From Thermoplasmata archaeon (GTDB taxonomy: Archaea > Thermoplasmatota > Thermoplasmata > Lutacidiplasmatales > UBA184), in the NCBI GenBank assembly GCA_035656275.1, contig DASRSW010000062.1, positions 986 through 64,985 on the forward strand: a stretch of 64,000 nt of DNA, read 5' to 3'. Positions 60,474 to 64,000 of the stretch are shown here, in pieces. Below the pieces are notes generated by a model. It ran no database searches. It was given only the letters and a program-made list of their open reading frames with translations, and had not been told where the DNA came from. Position 1 is the stretch's first letter. The number at the start of each line of letters is the position of its first letter. The translations under genes and the position numbers were made by a program.

Positions 60474-61709
60474 CTAGGACTCGCTCTCGTCGTCGCCGCT
60501 GACGGACCGGATCTTGGCCTCGAGCTCCCGGTCCTCGCTGAACGTCTCCTCCGTCGCGGGCATCCGAATGCCCCGGCGCCGCCGGCGGCGCGCCTCTTCC
60601 GACGTCCGGCGGGCCTGCTCCGCGAGCTCCTCCATCACGTCCGCGATACCGGCGAAGAAGTTCCACGCCGTTTGACTGGCGTAGTAGATCCCGCGGTCGG
60701 TGTGCAGCCGCGCCTGAACGGTCGCGTCCCCCGAGCGATGCGTGGCGTGGGGGCTCACGTTGAGACTGAGGAAGTTCGGCTTCGCGTGGCGGGCGATGTG
60801 GCGCAGCCCCTTCGCGATCGCACGGTCGATCTCGGTCAGGATGGCGGGGTCGCCCGAGCCGCGGAGCCCGGTGACCTGGACGTAGACATCGCCGACGCTC
60901 TTGCCCGTCCGCTCGCCGCCGACGGCGAGCCCCAGGAGGTCGGCCTGCGAGACCACCCCGGTGGGCCGGTCGTTCTCCACGACAAAGACGCTCGAGATCT
61001 TCTCGCTCGACATCCGCGCGGCGGCGTCGCCCGTCGAGGTCCCCGCGGGAACCGTGACGGCCGGGGAGTGCATGATGGTGGAGACCGCGACGTCCAGGAC
61101 CGAGCCGCCCCGTTGTGCGTCCTCCTTCCCGGGCGAAGTAGGCCGCCAGAGGATCCGTCCGAGGTCGGCCACGCCGACCGCCCCGACGAGATGCCCTTTG
61201 CGGTCCACGACGGGGAGCGGGTGCTCCTCGAGGAGGCGGATCTGGGTGAGGAGCGTGCCGCAGCGCTCCGATTCCTGAACGAGGAGGCCGACGGGGCTCA
61301 TGATCTCCTCGACCGTGTGCTTCGTCAGGGTGGGGAGCCCCGGCATCGCCCGGACGAGGTCCGTCCGGGAGACGACGCCCTGCAGGTCGCCCTTCTTCCC
61401 GACGACGGGCGCGGCGCGGAGGCCGGCGGCGAGGAGTTGCTCGGCGAGCTCCGCATAGCTCGTGGTGGGGGTCACGACCGGCGGGAGGAGCATCAGGTGG
61501 GAGACCTTCGTTGCGAACGAGATGTTGCCCCGCCGGACGATCGATTCGAAGGTGATCATCCCGGTGAGGCGTTTTCGGTGCAGTACGGGCAACTCATGGA
61601 TCGCGTGGCTGCGCATGAGCCCGATCGCCTGAGAGAGCGGGGCGTCGGCGGGGACCGTGATCGGCCGGGGCGTCATCAGCTCCCCTGCGGTGGGCCACGC
61701 GACCGGCAT
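60474..61709 (-). CDS. CBS-domain protein (4 CBS) with C-terminal HPF/RaiA-like domain
   Basis: Four CBS repeats, then VYVQVTGL...LSLNV...VQARLHTDRGIYYASQTAWNFFAGIADVMEELAEQ. Confidence 0.8.
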   Translation of the reverse strand: MPVAWPTAGELMTPRPITVPADAPLSQAIGLMRSHAIHELPVLHRKRLTGMITFESIVRRGNISFATKVSHLMLLPPVVTPTTSYAELAEQLLAAGLRAAPVVGKKGDLQGVVSRTDLVRAMPGLPTLTKHTVEEIMSPVGLLVQESERCGTLLTQIRLLEEHPLPVVDRKGHLVGAVGVADLGRILWRPTSPGKEDAQRGGSVLDVAVSTIMHSPAVTVPAGTSTGDAAARMSSEKISSVFVVENDRPTGVVSQADLLGLAVGGERTGKSVGDVYVQVTGLRGSGDPAILTEIDRAIAKGLRHIARHAKPNFLSLNVSPHATHRSGDATVQARLHTDRGIYYASQTAWNFFAGIADVMEELAEQARRTSEEARRRRRRGIRMPATEETFSEDRELEAKIRSVSGDDESES

Positions 61710-61766
61710 CGACCGAAGGGGGACCGCTGAGGGGTTTTAGGGTTTCGTAGGGCCGGGCCCGCCGCG

Positions 61767-62216
61767 CTAGAGGTCGCGGGCCATCTGGTAGCCGTTCTCG
61801 CCGTCGGAGTAGTACCCTCGGAGGAGGTCCGTGACCGAGTAGCCGTAGTGGCTGTAGAACCGGATGGCCGTGGCGTTCGACACCCGTACCTCGAGCGTGA
61901 CCCGTCGCAGCCCTCGGGCACGGCAGCGGGCGAAGAACCGCTCCATGACGAGGCTCCCGATCCCTTGCTGCCGGTGGTCCCGGTCCACGGCGAACATGAG
62001 GATCCGGGCCTCCCCCTCCACCTGGTTCACTCCGAGCAGGAACCCCACCGGGCGGTCGTAGCCATCGGTCGCCACGAGAAACCCGGCGGGCCACTGGAGG
62101 CTCAGCGACTGGTAGAGCGCGGAATCGTAGTGCTCGTGCAGCGCCTCCGACACGATCTGAACGATATCGGGGATGTCTTCGGGCCGGAACTCCCGGAGGG
62201 CCGCCGGGGCGGCCAC
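61767..62216 (-). CDS. rimI: RimI-like N-acetyltransferase
   Basis: AVDRDHRQQGIG, LEVRVSNATAIRFY, YYSDGENG; GTG 62216 chosen as start (ORF is open to 62291). Confidence 0.85.
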   Translation of the reverse strand: MAAPAALREFRPEDIPDIVQIVSEALHEHYDSALYQSLSLQWPAGFLVATDGYDRPVGFLLGVNQVEGEARILMFAVDRDHRQQGIGSLVMERFFARCRARGLRRVTLEVRVSNATAIRFYSHYGYSVTDLLRGYYSDGENGYQMARDL

Positions 62217-62253
62217 CCGCGGAGGCGCGCTAGTCAGCGCGCGGGGGGCGGAA

Positions 62254-63027
62254 TCAGCGATACATCTCACCCGGCCCTTCGTCCTCCCCACGTCGCATGG
62301 AGTTCATGGACCTTTGCTGCGCCTCGAGATTCCTCCGGACTTCCGCCTCGAGCTGGATGGCCTTTTCGCGTAGCGGCTTCGTGTCGAGCACGAGCATCGG
62401 AACGAGGGGGTTCACCGTCTCAATGACCTTCGCCGCCGCCCGGGCGTCGGGGAAGTCCTTGTGCGCCTGGGCGACGAGGCAGAGCGTCGGAAGCCCCCGG
62501 TCGATCGCCGAGAGCATGAGCCCGCCGGCAAAGCCGGTGACGACCCCATTCGCCGGTTCGAACTGGTACTTTTCCAAGAGCGGCGCGGCCGCCCGATTGG
62601 CCATGGCGACGACGCGGGCGTCCCCACGAACCTCCTCCTCGAGCGGCTGCCCCTCCACCGCGACGACGAGCTGGACCCCCTTCGCCTCGGCCCAGTCGAG
62701 GAGGGTGCGGCCGAGGGCATTCAGAAGCTCGGGCGGGGGCTGGATGTCGCTGATGGCGACGACGAGTTGGTCGCAGCGTCGGTCGACCCCGCAGACGACT
62801 TTGCTCGCGTAGAAGCGGACGGGGGCCGTCACCACGCCCCCTTCCATGATCACCGTGGGGGGCAGCGACTCGCTCACCATGTAGGCCACGGGCTGCATGT
62901 CCAATGCATGCACGAGGTACGAGGCCGCTACCGAGCCGACCAGCCCGTGCGTGGGGAATCCGACCACCATCATCGCGCCGCGAATCGGCTCGTCGCGGGT
63001 CTCAGCGATGCGGAGTTCGCCGCTCAC
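62254..63027 (-). CDS. PAC2 family proteasome assembly chaperone
   Basis: VGFPTHGLVGSVAASYL, PVRFY, FPDARAAA, C-terminal MYR (HbYX). Confidence 0.9.
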   Translation of the reverse strand: MSGELRIAETRDEPIRGAMMVVGFPTHGLVGSVAASYLVHALDMQPVAYMVSESLPPTVIMEGGVVTAPVRFYASKVVCGVDRRCDQLVVAISDIQPPPELLNALGRTLLDWAEAKGVQLVVAVEGQPLEEEVRGDARVVAMANRAAAPLLEKYQFEPANGVVTGFAGGLMLSAIDRGLPTLCLVAQAHKDFPDARAAAKVIETVNPLVPMLVLDTKPLREKAIQLEAEVRRNLEAQQRSMNSMRRGEDEGPGEMYR

Positions 63028-63153
63028 GGTCCCCCTAGCTCATGACCGCGTCAACCGCTTAAACCGTTGGACGGACGGCGGATCTCCGAGGAACGAGGGC
63101 CCGGCGCCCAGCACCATACCTAAATAGAACGGGTACCAACGAACCGTGGGTCG

Positions 63154-64000
63154 ATGAAAGTCCTCATCGCGGGCATCGACGGCTACTCCGGGTGGCCCCT
63201 CGCGTTGCACCTCCTCTCCCGCGGTCATGAGGTGGTCGGGGCCGACAATTTCGTCACCCGGCGGCGGGTCCGCGAAGTGGGGAGCTGGTCGGCGACCCCG
63301 ATCGGCACGTTCCCCCGTCGACAGGCGGCGGTCAAGTCGATCCTGGGGAAGGAGCTGAAGTTCCATCGCGGCGACATGGCCTCCTGGCCGTTCGTCCGCG
63401 ACCTGGTCCGCGCGGAGCAGCCGGACGCCATTGTCCACCTCGCCGAGCAGCGCTCGGCCCCCTACTCCATGATCGATGTCCATCACGCCGTCCGGACGCA
63501 GACGGAGAACCTCGCCGGGACGGTCCACCTCCTCTACGCCATGAAGGAGTCCGCTCCGCACGCGCATCTCGTGAAGATGGGGACGATGGGCGAGTACGGG
63601 ACCCCCAACCTCGACATCGCCGAGGGGTTCTTCGAGGTCGACTATCGGGGCCGGACCGACCGCGTCCCGTTCCCCCGCCAGGCCGGCTCGTGGTACCACT
63701 GGTCGAAGGTGCACGACTCGGGGAACGTGATGTTCGCGACCCGGATCTGGGGCCTTCGCGCGACCGACGTGATGCAGGGCGTGCTCTACGGCACCCGGAC
63801 GCCCGAGATCACAACGAACGCGCTCCTGACCCGTTTCGACTTCGACGAGGTCTGGGGGACCGCCCTCAACCGGTTCGTGGTGGAGGCGATCCTCGGACTT
63901 CCCATCACTCCGTACGGGAAGGGGGAGCAGAAGCGAGGCTTCATCGCCCTCGAGGATTCGATGCAGTCCCTCCGCCTCGCTCTCGAGCATCCGCCCGAGG
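63154..64000 (+). CDS. agl3: UDP-sulfoquinovose synthase (Agl3/SqdB), runs off the window end
   Basis: Own translation: MKVLIAGIDGYSGWPLA, HLAEQRSAPYSM, KMGTMGEYGTPN, GSWYHWSKVHDS, TRFDFDE...GTALNRF. Confidence 0.9.
   Translation, partial: MKVLIAGIDGYSGWPLALHLLSRGHEVVGADNFVTRRRVREVGSWSATPIGTFPRRQAAVKSILGKELKFHRGDMASWPFVRDLVRAEQPDAIVHLAEQRSAPYSMIDVHHAVRTQTENLAGTVHLLYAMKESAPHAHLVKMGTMGEYGTPNLDIAEGFFEVDYRGRTDRVPFPRQAGSWYHWSKVHDSGNVMFATRIWGLRATDVMQGVLYGTRTPEITTNALLTRFDFDEVWGTALNRFVVEAILGLPITPYGKGEQKRGFIALEDSMQSLRLALEHPPE

Noticed and set aside
59856..63990. ORFs 59856..61730 (+) and 63040..63990 (-)
   Set aside because: Antisense shadows of the nac/CBS genes and agl3

Overview
Archaeal chromosome segment, most likely a high-GC member of Thermoplasmata (inferred from Nop5, NAC, Dph2, a PAC2 chaperone and Agl3 occurring with GyrB, GrpE and a class II HMG-CoA reductase). 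From about 44.5 to 64 kb it is very GC-rich core genome. From 1 to about 44.4 kb it is a lower-GC accessory island that ends at a tyrosine integrase beside tRNA-Thr(GGT); the other island end was not found in the window. The island carries many defence-type genes (SIR2-TPR, three HEPN proteins, NERD-like and FokI-like nucleases), a nested serine-recombinase element and two paralogous secreted beta-rich proteins with a conserved leader. Three observations stand out. (1) A dNMP-kinase-like domain is fused to a PurZ/PurZ0-like synthetase (GSEGKG instead of GDEGKG), directly followed by a DarT-like ADP-ribosyltransferase: a candidate undescribed modified-purine defence or signalling system. (2) An 18-bp motif, CCTGACAAGGATTCGAAC, recurs in one orientation at module boundaries and coincides with one gene truncation, suggesting recombinase-driven cassette accretion. 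(3) A B12-dependent radical SAM enzyme is paired with a small WPIGDPVPW peptide (candidate archaeal RiPP or PTM system). All family calls come from reading motifs by eye; no database search was run.
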